The notes: generated by a model from the letters alone, not told the origin. DNA of 64,000 nucleotides from Octopus vulgaris (GCA_951406725.2 OX597825.1:16182001-16246000), one strand, 5' to 3'. Positions 43,419-57,195 are shown, counted from the stretch's first letter. Numbers and translations: made by a program.

Positions 43419-44765
43419 GGAGTGGCTGTGTGGTAAGTAGCTTGCTAACCAACCACATGGTTCCGGGTTCAGTCCTACTGCATGGCATCTTGGGCAAGTG
43501 TCTTCTGCTATAGCCCTTATGAGTGGATTTGGTAGACGGAAACTGAAAGAAGCCTGTCGTGTATATGTATATATGTATATATGTATGTGTGTGTTTGTGT
43601 GTCTGTGTTTGTCACCGATGCTGCTGTGTTTATGTCCCTGTCACTTAGCGGTTCGACAAAAGAGACCGATAGAATAAGTACTGGGCTTACAAAGAATAAG
43701 TCTCGGGGTCGATTTGCTCGACTAAAGGCGGTGCTCCAGCATGGCCGCAGTCAAATGACTGAAACAAGTAAAAGAGAGTAAAGAGTATATATATATATAT
43801 ATATAATGAAATTATTGTATACAGTGCTCAGGTGCACCCACATATGTGGGTGTGTGGAGGAGGGAGTGGGAACAGTAGAATCTGAGGAAACAAGTGATGG
43901 ACTATTGAAATGCACACACAAACATACAAACACTCACATAACTTAGTTTTCATTACTATCCATTTGCATCAGTGAAAACACCTCCCATCAATTTGGTTTT
44001 GTTTTGTTCTTTCTCGAGCCACGCCTGGTTCATAAGGGCTAGTTTCCCTGGTTTCCTTGGCGTATAGGTTCCCCACTTGGACGGGACGCTGGTCCGTCAC
44101 AGGTGAACTACAAGATGCAGGAGGAAAGAGTGAGAGAAAGTTGTGGCGAAAGAGTCAGCAGAAGTTCGCCATTACCTTCTGCCAGAGCCGCGTGGAGCTT
44201 AGGTGTTTCACTCATAATCGCACACATCGCCCGGTCTGAGATTCAAACCCGCTATCCCTCGACTGCGAGTCCGCTGCACTAACCACTAGGCCATGTGCCT
44301 ACTGAACTATTATTCCATGGCCAAACATGTTCTTGCCAAATAACACACACACACACACGTGAATGTGTTGTTAAGTTATAGCATAACCATATTTTAATAA
44401 TTGACCTTTCTTGTATTCTTAGCACCTTCCTTAGTTGTCAGGATCACAAGACAAAACACACATCTGACATTAACACCGTAGCTCTCTCTAAGTACAAGAA
44501 GCCGTCTTCTGTTGTTAGATTCTGTAGAATGTAACAAGATGACCTTTTATAATATCAAAATATTTCTCAACTAACCAGAAATTATCACTAGAAATATAGA
44601 CATTATATCATTTTATATTGTTGTCGATTCTCACGATTGTCTTGTTTTTTTTTTCCTTGTTTTGTTTTGGTTCTCTTAAACTTCATATGTATTTTTTATT
44701 TATTTGTTCCAATTATTAACTGCAGCAATCCTGCTGTGGTGCTTAAGATGCTTTTGAGTTAAGTT

Positions 44766-45516
44766 ATATTGACCTCAACAGGGCGAGCTGGCAGAAACGT
44801 TAGCACGCAGGGCGAAATGCTTTGTGGTATTTCGTCTGTCGTTACGTTCTGAGTTCAAATTCCGTCGAGGTCGACTTTGCCTTTCATCCTTTCGGGGTCA
44901 ATAAATAAAATACCAGTTTCGCATTGGGGTCGATGTAATCAACTTAATCCCTTTGTCTGTCCTTGTTTGTCCCCTCTATATTTAGCCCCTTGTAGGCAAT
45001 AAAGAAATATATATTGACCTCAACAAGGCGAGCTGGCAGAAACGTTAGCACGCCGGGCGAAATGCTTTGCAGTATTTCGTCTGCCGCTACGTTCTGAGTT
45101 CAAATTCCGTCGAGGTCGACTTTGCCTTTCATCCTTTCGGGGTCGATAAATAAAGTACCAGTTATGCACTGGTGTCGATGTGATCGACTTAATCCCTTTG
45201 TCTGTCCTTGTTTGTCCCCTCTATATTTAGCCCCTTGTAGGCAATAAAGAAATATATATTGACCTCAACAAGGCGAGCTGGCAGAAACGTTAGCACGCCG
45301 GGCGAAATGCTTTGCGGTATTTCGTCTGTCGCTACGTTCAGAGTTCAAATCACGCCGAGGTCGACTTTGCCTTTCATCCTTTCGGGGTCGATAAATAAAG
45401 TACCAGTTTCGCATTGGGGTCGATGTAATCGACTTAATCCCTTTGTCTGTCCTTGTTTGTCCCCTCTATATTTAGCCCCTTGTGGGCTATAAAGAAACAT
45501 ATATTGACCTCAACAA
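44766..45516 (+). repeat. Three head-to-tail family B SINEs (~246-bp period), each bounded by the same 16-bp target sequence
   Basis: ATATTGACCTCAACA(A/G) occurs at about 44766, 45011, 45256 and 45501. Confidence 0.9.
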
Positions 45517-45812
45517 GTTATCTTGACCTTATTTCGTTGCTGTCATAATACAAGCATTTCCCTCCCGCCGTGTTAGAATTATCTCAAGTCTTGTGATTTT
45601 ATATATACGCAGGAATTGTAAAGTGTGACCGCATTCTGGGACGTGGTTTGTAATTTCACTCTTATAAAAACTTCAATAAATTTTGAGAATTTAAAAACTA
45701 CGCATGCTTTTTTAATCAAAAGGCCACTTGTTGGTGTTTTAGCTCAGATCAAAGAGGTTAACAATTTGAAAAAAAAAACTATTACCACAAAACACACACA
45801 CCCACACGCATA

Positions 45813-45858
<46 letters not shown>

Positions 45859-45959
45859 CAAGTGATTGTATATGTATCACTGTAAACACTTGAAGTGTGA
45901 GGTGCAAGTTTCCAGCGTGAATATTTTTGTGTTTGTGTATTTTTTTGTCAATTTATCTC

Positions 45960-47140
45960 ATACACACACTTTGCACACACATTCGCATACACACTCGTAT
46001 ACACACTCGTATACACACTCGCATACACACTTTGCATACACACTCGCATATACACACATACACACTCACACACACACACTTTGCATACACATTCGCATAC
46101 ACACTCGTATACACACTCGCATACACACTTTGCATACACACTCGCATATACACACTCGCATACATACTCGCATACACACTCACACACACACACTTTGCAT
46201 ACACATTCGCATATACATTCGTATACACACTCGCATACACACTTTGCATACACACTCGCACACACACTCGTATACACACTCGCATACACACTCACACACA
46301 CACACTTTGCATACACATTCGCATACACACTCGTATACACACTCGCATACACACTTTGCATACACATTCGCATATACACACTCGCACACACACTCGTATA
46401 CACACTCGCATACACACTTTGCATACACACTCGCATACACATTCACATACACACTCGTATACACACTCGCATACACACTTTGCATACACACTCGCATACA
46501 CATTCACATACACACTCGCATACACACTCACACACTTTGCATACACATTCGCATATACACACTCACACACGCACTCGTATACACACTCGCATACACACTC
46601 ACACACACACACTTTGCATACACATTTGCATACACACTCGTATACACACTCGCATACACACTTTGCATACACACTCGCATATACACTCGTATACACACTC
46701 GCATACACACTTTGCATACACACTCGCATACACATTCACATACACACTCACACACACACACTTTGCATACACATTCGCATACACACTTTGCATACACACT
46801 CGCATACACATTCACATACACACTCACACACACACACTTTGCATACACATTCGCATATACACTCGTATACACACTCGCATACACACTTTGCATATACACA
46901 CTCGCACACATACTCGTATACACACTCGCACACACACTCGTATACACACTCGCATACACACTCACACACACACACTTTGCATACACATTCACATACACAC
47001 TCGCATACACATTCACATACACACTCGCATACACATTCGCATACACACTCACACACACATTTTGCATACACATTCGCATACACACTCGCATATCCACTCA
47101 CATACACACTTGCATACACTCACACACACTTACATACACA
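45960..47140. repeat. Complex CA-derived satellite (~12-bp TACACACTCGCA / TACACACTTTGCA / TACACATTCGCA variants)
   Basis: About 1.2 kb of interleaved variant units; produces the stop-free H/T/Y-rich ORFs in the track. Confidence 0.92.
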
Positions 47141-49616
47141 TATATATGTGTGTATCTCGACCTTCACCAACCCAACCAGCATCAACATCAAAACCAATCC
47201 AACCACTGCCATTACTGACTCATCAACTTCTTAATGACCATCACCAGTGATATGAACAAGACAAGCGACTCCATCCAAAATGAAAACAGCGACTTGAAAT
47301 AATGCGCGGTCTCTTAGTGTATTTCAATAGTTGAATTAAACGTCTCTGATTTTAGGTCAACCAAGATTAACCGGAGTCTAAATAGCAACAACAATACTAT
47401 TAGCAAGAATAATACAACCACTGCCCACCACCATCCTGAAATCCAATACAACCACCACCACCACCATCACCATCACCACTACCACCAGTCCAACAACTTT
47501 TGAATAACTGACAAGCAATCTTTAGCTATATATATATTGTATGTCAATAGGGTGGTGAGCTGGCAGAATCGTTAGCACGCCGGGCGAAATGCTTAGCAGT
47601 GTTTCATCTGCTGTTACGTTCTGAGTTCAAATTCCGCCTAGGTCGACTTTGCCTTTCATCCTTTCGGGGTCGATTAAATAAGTACCAGTTATACACTGGG
47701 GTCGATGTAATCGACTTAATCCCTTTGTCTCTGTCCTTGCTTGTCCCCTCTATGTTTAGCCCCTTGTGAGTAGTAAAGAAATAGGTATTTCGTCTGTCGT
47801 TACGTTCTGAGGTTGACTTTGCCTTTCATCCTTTCAGGGTTGATAAATAAAGTACCAGTTTCGCACTGGGGTCGATATCATCATCATCACCGTTTAGCGT
47901 CCGCTTTCCATGCTAGCATGGGTTGGACGGTTCAACTGGGGTCTGGGAAGCCGGAAGGCTGCACTAGGCCCAGTCTGATCTGGTAATGTTTCTACAGCTG
48001 GATGCCTTTCCTAACGCCAACCACTCTGTGAGTGTAGTGGGTGCTTTTACGTGCCAGACGAGGCTGGCAAATGGCCACGATCGGATGGTGCTTAATCCCT
48101 TTGTCTGTCCTTGTTTGTCCCTTCTATGTTTAGCCCCTTGTGGGCAGTAAAGAAATATATATATATATTGTATGTCAACCTGATGTCTGTGTGTGTGTGT
48201 GTAGATTTTATGGCTTAACCCTTTAGCATTCAGAAATACTCTGTCAAACGTAATGCTTATTTATTGACATTGATTTGAGTTAGTCATGCGTTACCGTGTA
48301 GCTTTGAGATTTCAGTGATGTGATTGTTTATTTTTAGAACGACATTGTGAGGTTGATATGTGAGGCTGGTTATGGCTAGTTTGAAAATAAACAGGTGGAG
48401 TATTTGGGTTGGATGTGGCTGGTTTAACCCTTTCGTTACTGTATTTATTTTGAGATGCTCTGTGTTTCTTTCAATTATTTTAAATATAACAAAGAATTTA
48501 GTAAAATAACTTAGTTCTCATTAAGCTAGTATTAGGAACATAAATTGTGACTAAGGTTTGGTGGAAGATTTTTATTCAAAACTTATGAAAACAAGACATT
48601 TGTACTCAGAGCCAGAGCCGGTTTCAGTCAGGTTGGTAATGAAAAGGTTAAATGCTAAATGCTGAAGCCAGAGATGCAAGGGGTAAAGTGCCCATGAACC
48701 TGGTAACCCTTTAATTATCTGTAATAATGCAGGACTTTCACCTCACACCTTTGCACCTTTTCATTATCACATTTCCATCGTCCACATCCCTAGAAGTAAA
48801 ACAACAGGATTTTGCTCTCACAAATCAGTTCTTTCCTGGTCCCTTTTTTTTTTTTTGTAAACTACATATTTGTTGTGAAACAACCCTTTTGTTACTGTAT
48901 TTATTTTAAGATACTCTGTGTTTCTTTCAATTGATTTTAAATATAACAAAGAATTTAGTAAAATAACTTAGTTATCATTCAGCTAGTGTTAGGAACATAA
49001 ATTGTGACTAAGGTTTGGTGGAAGATTTTAATTCAAAACTTATGAAAACAAGACATTTGTACTCAAATCCAGAGCCGGTTTCAGCCGGGTTGATAACAAA
49101 AGGGTTAAAGTTGATCCCTGTTGCTATTGGATTTATCCACAATTCAAGATGTCTGGAAAAAAGTGATCGAGGGGAATTAAAGATAGTGTGAAAAGGAACT
49201 AAAAAGCTTATGGTGGATATTAATCCAATGCGCCAGCAATTCTGCCTCTCTTGCACTCACAGAACAATGTGAAATGAAGTGTTTTGATCAAGAATATAAT
49301 GCACTGCCTGGTCCAGGAATCGAGCTCACAATCATGACCACTATCATAACCACTGGGCTATGCATTTTGAAAGTAAAACTGTACCCAACAACAGTATCAT
49401 GATTGTTATTTATTCCCTAACGTATTATCAATATATCAAATTTGAAAACTCATTTAATTTTAAAATTTCCAAATCTGTGACAGCAACTGAATATATATTT
49501 ACAAAATTTAAAGAACTGACCGCTAAAAGTGGACAGTCAATATGTTAGATATAGACGTCAAAATCGCTATTTTCCATGGAGTTTTTTCTTGAGAACACAT
49601 TCTTTGTGGAAAATAG

Positions 49617-49653
<37 letters not shown>

Positions 49654-50855
49654 CCTTATGAAGGGCACTGGTGATGGTGCTATGTAAAAGGCACCCAGTA
49701 CACCCTGTAAATTGATTGGCATTAGCCAGGGCACCCAGCCATAGAAACAGACATGCCAAGACAGCTATGAAGCATGGTCAACTTTTTAGCTGACCAGCTC
49801 GTGTCAAACCGTCCAACCCAAGCCAGCGAGGAGAAGGGATGTTAAACGATGATGATATATATATATATATATATATGTGGGTATATATAATATATATAAT
49901 GGTCTAGTGGTTAGGGTAAACCCTTCTTTCCTGAGCGTCAATAATACTTTAATTGTTCCACGTCCTCGCGTTGCTGTGTTTTTTTCTCTTTTTTTCTGTG
50001 TTTTCTTGTTTGGATTAACTATATATATGGGTATGTGTGTGTGTCTTTGCATCTGTGTTTGTCCTCCAACACTGCTTGACAACCGGTGTTGGTTTGTTTC
50101 TGCATCCCTGTAACTTGGCAAAAGTGACTGATAGAATATGTACCAGGTTTAAAACAGCAAAACAATATGAGGCCTGATCAATAAGTATCCAGATGATTGC
50201 CATAGTAAAGAAGCTAAAGCATGCAGAGTGAAGCTGCTTGGCACAGATTGGCCTTGACCTCTGCTGTTCTTATTCTATGCACCATGTGCCTCTTGTGAAA
50301 GGGCATGGCCTAGTGGTCAGGCCGTGGCACTCATGATCACAAGGTCATGGTTTCAATTCCTGGCTCAGGCAGTGTGTTGCGTTTCTGAGCGAAACACTTC
50401 ATTTCTCATGGCTCCAGCCCCCCTCAGCTCTAAATGAATAACCCTGTGATGAACTGGCATCTCATCTAGGGATATTGCTGTGATATCAGTCACTTATGCA
50501 CCCTGGAAATTGGGTAAGTAATCCTATAAGTCCTAGGACTTGAGATAGTAATGTCCAAGAGATCCATGCAAAAGTGCTTCTTTCCCTTACATTCTAATCT
50601 AAAATATTTATATTATTTTCCACTTTAAGGTGATGAACTGGCAGAATCATTAGGGTATTGGGGCAAAATGCTTAGCAGGATCTCATCCATCATTACATTT
50701 TGAGTTCAAATTCCACCAAGGTCGACTTTGCCTTTCATTCTTTTGGGGTTGATAAAATAAGTACCAGTTGTATACTGGGATTGATGTAATCAACTATTCT
50801 CCTCCCCTGAAATTGCTGGCCGTGTGCCTAAATTTGAAATCCTTATTTTCCACTT

Positions 50856-51310
50856 TAACCCTTTTGATACCAACCCAGCTGAAACTGCCTCTGGCTCTAT
50901 TGTACAAATGTCTTGTTTTCATAAGTTCTGAATTAAAATCTTCCACCAAGCCTTAGTCACAATTTATGTTCCCAACACTAGCTGAATGACAACTAAGTTA
51001 TTTTACTAAATTCTTTATTATATTTAAAATTAATTGAAAGAAACACAGAGCAGCTCAAGAGAAAAATGGTAATAAAAGGGTTAACAAATGATTAATTTAA
51101 CCAATATGATACCAGCCTGGCTGAAACCACCTCTGGCTCTGTAGTGCAAATGTCTTGTTTTCATAAGTTCTGAAATAAAATCTTTCACCAAAACTTTGTC
51201 ACAATTTATGTTCCTGACACTAGCTTTATTATAACTAAGTTATTTTACTAAACTTTTTGTTGTATTTAAAATTAATTGAAAGAAACAGAGCATTTCAACA
51301 GAAATACGGT
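50856..51310. mobile_element. Tandem pair of TTAA MITEs directly upstream of VAMP4 exon 2
   Basis: Same family and same inter-copy spacer as 20900..21367. Confidence 0.75.
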
Positions 51311-51333
51311 TTTTTCTTAATTTTCTGTTTTAG

Positions 51334-51383
51334 GTTTCTCTGCTGAATTCTGGTGATTCCGATGATGAAGACTTCTTTCTCAA
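51334..51383 (+). CDS. VAMP4: VAMP4 coding exon 2 (VSLLNSGDSDDEDFFLK)
   Basis: TTTTAG acceptor and GTAAGT donor, 50 nt. Dileucine plus acidic cluster SDDEDFFL, as in vertebrate VAMP4. Confidence 0.92.
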
Positions 51384-51433
51384 GTAAGTTCCTCATTCCC
51401 ATTTCACTTCTAATTTTATACACACAGTGTATC

Positions 51434-51790
51434 TACGAGGGTGAGTCAAAAAGTAATGTCATTTTGTTTAGGACAGGTATAATTACCAACATAGGAACAT
51501 GTATCATACATCAAAATGAAGCTGGTCCTCTGTGGATCACATCCCTACTTCTCAACATAGTCACTGTTTCTCTCAATAGCAATGTTCCACCTTCAAATGA
51601 GAGCATGTATACCTGACCTGTAAAATTCTGTCGTTTGAGCCACTTCTTCAGTATAATTTCCATTTCCTTGTCACTAGAACCCTTTTTCACGAGGCTGAAG
51701 AGATGATAGTCTGAAGGCGCTAAATAATTCTAGTGATGAGGAAGTGAAAAATGTACTGAAGAAGTGGCTCAAAGAACAATCAACAGAATA
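51434..51790. mobile_element. Mariner-derived non-autonomous element
   Basis: Starts TACGAGGGTGAGTCAAAAAGTAATG (mariner-type TIR) and has internal inverted segments. A homologous copy lies at about 21409..21690. Confidence 0.65.
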
Positions 51791-53968
51791 TAATGTACTC
51801 GCTCCAACTATGTAAATTATAATATTATAATGTACTCACTCCAACTATTTATGTATTTTCAATCAGTATTGGAAATATCTTTTTATCTTTTACCTGTTTT
51901 AGTCATTGAACTGTGGCTATGTTAAAGCACTGCTTTGAAGGGTTTAGTCAAATAAATTGACCCCAGTAATTATTTTTACGTGTGGTAGGTACTGCATTGT
52001 TCTTTTTTGCCAAACCGCTAAATTACAGTGAACACAAACAAACCAATGCTGGTTGTCAAGTGGTGATGGGACAAATGCACCCCACCACATATCTGTGTAT
52101 AGTGAGCTTCCATCCAGTTTCCATCATTCTACCAAATTCAGTCACAAGGCATTGGTCAACCCAGACCTGTAGTCAAAGACACTTCTTGCCTTAAGGTACC
52201 ACTTAGTAGGACTGAACCTGGAACGATATGGTTGCAAAGCAAACTTCTTAACCTCACAGCCACATGATTAGTTTAATTACAATGGAGGAGTCAGAGCCAG
52301 TGCTTCTATAAACTGAGGAGTCAAAGTGTGAGTCGAAGATACTGTGCACAGACTCCAGAGCTTTGGTAAAAAAAATAAAACAAAAAATATACTAAGTGTT
52401 TTGTAATTTTCTTGTAATTTGTCTCTTTCGTTAATTGTGTCGGTAGCAAATAAAGAAGTCCTGGGTGGTTTTGTCTGTTGATGCGAATTTACAATTTTAG
52501 ATGTTAGATTGGATTACAAAACTGAGACATTCGTATTGAAACTGAAGCAGTTGCATTGTGGGAAACATGATAGAAATTTAAAACACACACAAAGTCATTT
52601 TAGCCACCTTTGTTATGGTATCAAAGTCATTTTCGCCCATCTGTCGCCTGATCACGAATAATGGGTCATTTTGTAGGTTTGAAAAAATTGTTGGAGTTTT
52701 ACATAAATAACCTAACGTTATTAATAATTAAATGCTGCTTTCAAATATTGGCGCAACGCCAGCAATATCGGAAGAAGAATAGATCAGTTAGATCGATCCC
52801 AGTGCTCAACTGGTACTTATTTTATCGAACCCGAAAAGATGAAAGGCAAAGTCGGCTTCTGCAGGATTTGAACTCAGGACATAAAATCGGACGAAATGCA
52901 TCTAAGCCTTTTGCCCAGTGGACTAACGAGTCTGTTGGGCTCACCACCTTAATCAATAATTAGACACGCTGATTTTTGAAGGTGCATGGCCCAGTGGTTA
53001 GGAATGTTGCACTCGCGATCGTTAGATCGCGGTTTCGATTTCCGGGCCGAGTGGTGCGTTGTGTTCTTGACCAGAACACTTCACTTCACGTTGCTGTAGT
53101 CCACTCAGCTCTAGATGATTAACCCCTTGACGGACCCGTGTTTCGTCCCGGCTGAATGTTGTAATCTTGGTTTCTTATACACCATGCAAATTGAATAATC
53201 GGTTTGAAAAGCCTTAGGGCTCAAGACACAGGTATCCACTTACCTGAGTTTTTCTCGTATCGGGTATTGTTTGTGCGTAACATTACTAGTTACCTCCCTT
53301 GCACTATTTACTTACTTGTTTGTCATTTAACTGTGGCCATGCTGGAGCACCACCTTTAGCCGAGCAAATCGACCCTAGGACTTATTCTTTGTAAGTCTAG
53401 TACTTATTCTCTCGGTCTCTTTTACCGAACTGCTAAGTTACAGGTACATAAACACACCAGCATCGGTTGTCAAGCGATGTTGGGTGACAAACACACACAT
53501 ACACATATGACGGGCTTCTTTCAGTTTCCGTCTACCAAATCCACTCAAGTCTTTGGTCGGCTCGAGGCTATAATAGAAGACACTTGCCCAAGGTGCCACG
53601 CAGTGGGACTGAACCTGGAACCATGTGGTTGGTAAGCAAGCTACTTACCACACTCCTACGCCTATGCCATAAGTACAAGATATTTGTCATTTACGTTCTA
53701 TTTTTAGTTATTGCAGCAGTTGAGAGCCATAAAAGTCTCTCGCCTAAAATGTGTAAAATTTTGCCTATGTTAACCATTTCGTCTAAATTATGTACACATA
53801 CGTTTTATAATTTCTTTATTTATAATTTCATTTATTTATTGTTCTGATGTTTCCATAAACTAAATTAGTTTCACTATAATTTTGTCACCTCTTCAATATT
53901 AAAATTAATGAAAATAAATCGAAATAGATGAAAATATTTCTTGTAGGCATACCATAGTTATGTCTGGG

Positions 53969-54270
53969 GAGAGTCATTTTCTTTTAGTGCCTTATAATTT
54001 AACACACTCACCAGTAAAATTTCCACTTATTTCTTATTTTTTTTTTTCTAAAATTTTCGTTGCGTCTTGCAATCTATTGAAAAGGTTGCAAGACGCAACG
54101 AAAATTTTAGAAAGATTAAAAAAAGAAATAAGTGGAAATTTTACTGGTGAGTGTGTTAAATTATAAGGCACTAAAAGAAAATGATTCTCCACAGACACAA
54201 CAGAATATGCTTCAACACACGAACTCACATAAAGAATCTTGCAAACCAAATCCTAAAACGAAATACCACA
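53969..54270. repeat. Long palindrome (about 105-bp arms, loop of about 10 nt) with one-sided tail
   Basis: 53969..54073 is the reverse complement of about 54084..54189. The ORF track shows the same peptide on both strands. Confidence 0.85.
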
Positions 54271-54400
54271 GTTATTTCCCCTGGTATTTCCAAGAAAGAT
54301 AACTAAGTACACGTATTTTGAGATATATATATAGTTACTTCCCTTGAATTCAATATTGATTTTTTTTTTCTTGACCTGTTGCTTTCTTTTCTTTTTTCAG

Positions 54401-54445
54401 AGGTCCTCGTATGGGCGAGAAGATTGCTGACCCCAAGATTGGAAA
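54401..54445 (+). CDS. VAMP4: VAMP4 coding exon 3 (GPRMGEKIADPKIGK)
   Basis: Long pyrimidine tract plus CAG, donor GTAATT, 45 nt, phase 2-2. Continues FFLKGP. Confidence 0.88.
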
Positions 54446-56069
54446 GTAATTATCCTTTTATATATTACTGTAATTAATATTACAACAGTATTTATTATTA
54501 AATGTCTTTTTATCATATTTTAAAGTGGTATCCATTAACCATAATTGTCATCTTATTCTTGTCAAGCTTACAGTTCATTAGTCTCAGGTGATTCTTGATC
54601 AATCAGGTCTATCTACAGTCAAAAGCACTCCATCCTGTATTTATTTGAGATATAGTTTATTCATTAGTTGTGAAGTCTGTGTAAATAAAGCCAGTTTCTC
54701 CTTATCAAAAGGGACAATTTGTCGCTGTACAAACCTACTACTACAGCCCAGCGTCCTTAGGACCTGGTGGACATCAGGAAAATATTAAAAAAAAAGTCAG
54801 AAATTGGAACCCTAAAGGGAGTCATCTCGTTGACTAATCTCTGCCTAGAAATTTCTGATTTTGTTTCTGATGTTAAAATCTTTTTTTTTTTTTTTTCATG
54901 TAATTTGTTTACTTTAATCATAAGTAATTTTTGTTACCTCAGGTTTGTGATTACTCTTTTACTCTTTAACTTGTTTCAGTCATTTGACTGTGGCCGTGCT
55001 GGAGCACTGCCTTTAGTCGAGCAAATCGACCCCAGGGCTTATTCTTTGTAAGCCTAGTACTTATTCTATCGGTCTCTTTTGCCGAAGCGCTAACTTACAG
55101 AGATGTAAACACACCAACATCGGTTGTCAAGCGATGTTAGGGCGACAAACACATACACACATACACATATATACGACGGGCTTCTTTCAGTTTCCGTCTA
55201 CCAAATCCACTCACAAGACTTTGGTTGGCCTAAGGCTATAGTAGAAGACACTTGCCCAAAGTGCCACACAGTGGGACTGAACCAGGAACCATGTGGTTGG
55301 TAAGCAAGCTACTTACCACACAGCCACTCCGATTTTACGTCTCCTCATCTCTCCAGGCTTGATAAATTAGTTAACAGATCATATAATCTTTTATACCTAT
55401 TTCTTTACTACCCACAAGGGGCTAAACACATAGAAGACAAACAAGGACAGACAAACGGATTAAGTCGATTATATTGACCCCAGTGCGTTACTGGTACTTA
55501 TTTAATCAACCCCGAAAGGATGAAAGGCAAAGTCGACCTCGGTGGAATTTGAACTCAGAATGTAGCGGCAGACGAAAGACCAGTGAGCATTTCATCTGGC
55601 ATGCTATCGATTCTGCCAGCTCGCCGCCTTATAATCTCTTATACCTTTTACCCAATAGTCATGTCTGCTTTCCTACCAATTTTTTGTCTTCAGCCAGTGT
55701 GTCTAATTATTATTATTACACTCATCAAATATCTCTTCAGCAAGACACCTGTCTCTGTCTCTTTATCATACTTTAATCTCCTTCAATACTATACCACAAT
55801 CAATCAAGGGGTCTTGCCTTGTAAGTAAACGGTGACCTTGCCTGTGTTGGTGCCATAAAACAAAATGCGCCCAGTACACTCTGTAAAGGTTGACATTAGG
55901 AAGGGTGTCCAGCTGTTGAACCCATAAAATCAGACTCAGAGGTCAGTGCAGCTGTTTGTTTCATCAGTTTCTGTTGAACTGTCTAACCCATGCCAGCAGG
56001 GAAAAAGAGATGTTAAATGATGATGACCAGAGGGGCTCTTCACAGCTGTATATATGCGTATATTCTTTG

Positions 56070-56380
56070 TGGAGGCACATGGCCTAGTGGTTAGAGTAGC
56101 GGACTCGCGGTCTAGGGATCATGTGTTCCAATCTCAAACCGGGCGATGTGTGTGTTTATGAGCGAAGCACCTAAGGTCCACGCGGCTCCAGCTGAAGGTA
56201 ATGGCGAACTTCTGCTGACTCTTTCACCACAACTTTCTCTCACTCTTTCCTCCTGCATCTTGCAGCTCGCCTGCGACGGACCGGCGCCCCGTTCAGGTGG
56301 GGAACCTAGATGCCAAGGAAACCGGGAAACCGGCTCTTATGAGCCAGGCCTGGCTCGAGAAGGAACAAACAAAAAAAAAA
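56070..56380 (+). mobile_element. SINE family D (tRNA-like head TGGCCTAGTGGTTAGAG)
   Basis: An inverted homologue lies at about 44005..44300. Related heads occur at about 25070, 50305 and 52985. Confidence 0.75.
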
Positions 56381-56537
56381 CAAATGTATTTTTTCACTGG
56401 TTTCAATCATTGGATTTTACCCAAGCTGGAGCATCAGCTCTAGCAGGTTTTGATCTGTCATATGAACCCAACTCCTTCCTTGTATATATTTCAACATAAA
56501 TGTATGACACATTTTTTTTTTTTTAATTATCATCCAG

Positions 56538-56638
56538 GTTGCAGAACCAGGTTGGAGAGGTTATTGATATTATGAAAGACAATGTTTCACGTGTAATGGA
56601 CAGAGGATGTAAACTGGAAGATCTCCAAGACAGATCAG
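56538..56638 (+). CDS. VAMP4: VAMP4 coding exon 4, R-SNARE (synaptobrevin) motif (LQNQVGEVIDIMKDNVSRVMDRGCKLEDLQDRS)
   Basis: CCAG acceptor and GTATGT donor, 101 nt. Heptad SNARE motif with zero-layer Arg (DRG). The downstream WW/TM exons were not found in the window. Confidence 0.95.
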
Positions 56639-57195
56639 GTATGTTGGCAAATTCTTTAACATTTGGTGCTGGTGAGGGATTCATGTTTTAGTTTTCAGAG
56701 AAACTTGCTTTTTATTAGTTTGTCATTATTGGATCTGATTTGATTATTATATTAATTTGTAAAATGGCCAACTGGTAAAATCATTAATACATTCGACAAA
56801 ATGTTTAGTGATACCTGTCTTCATCTTTTGTGTTTCTGTAAATTTCAACTATACATATGTCCGTATAGTTGAAATTTACAAACAACCCCTGTATATGTAT
56901 GTACGTACATACATACATGCATATACCGGGGTTGTTTGACTAAAGCCTTCAAAGTAGTGCCCCAGCTTGGCTGCAGTTCAGTGACTGATATGAAGAGATA
57001 AGATGTATAGATCCTTAAAAATATGACAGGTAAATCAGTTACAGATCCCAGTTGTGTATCCAGTTCTAACATTTACCTGTTTGAGCATGAGAATGGGGTT
57101 GAGTAGGTGGACCATCTGGTTGTGTGTGAGAACTGTCAAACCATCTTTATTGTGCGCAACACAGGTACGAGTGCTTCTGGCAAAGGCATAGTAGT

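Noticed and set aside
45866-47250. 389-450 aa His/Thr/Tyr-rich ORFs
   Set aside because: They are stop-free only because they translate a CA-derived satellite. They are open in all frames and intronic in VAMP4.
56070-56145. tRNA-like sequence (also at 52985, 50305, 25070 and SINE A heads)
   Set aside because: Degenerate tRNA-derived SINE heads that continue into SINE bodies, with no intact cloverleaf.
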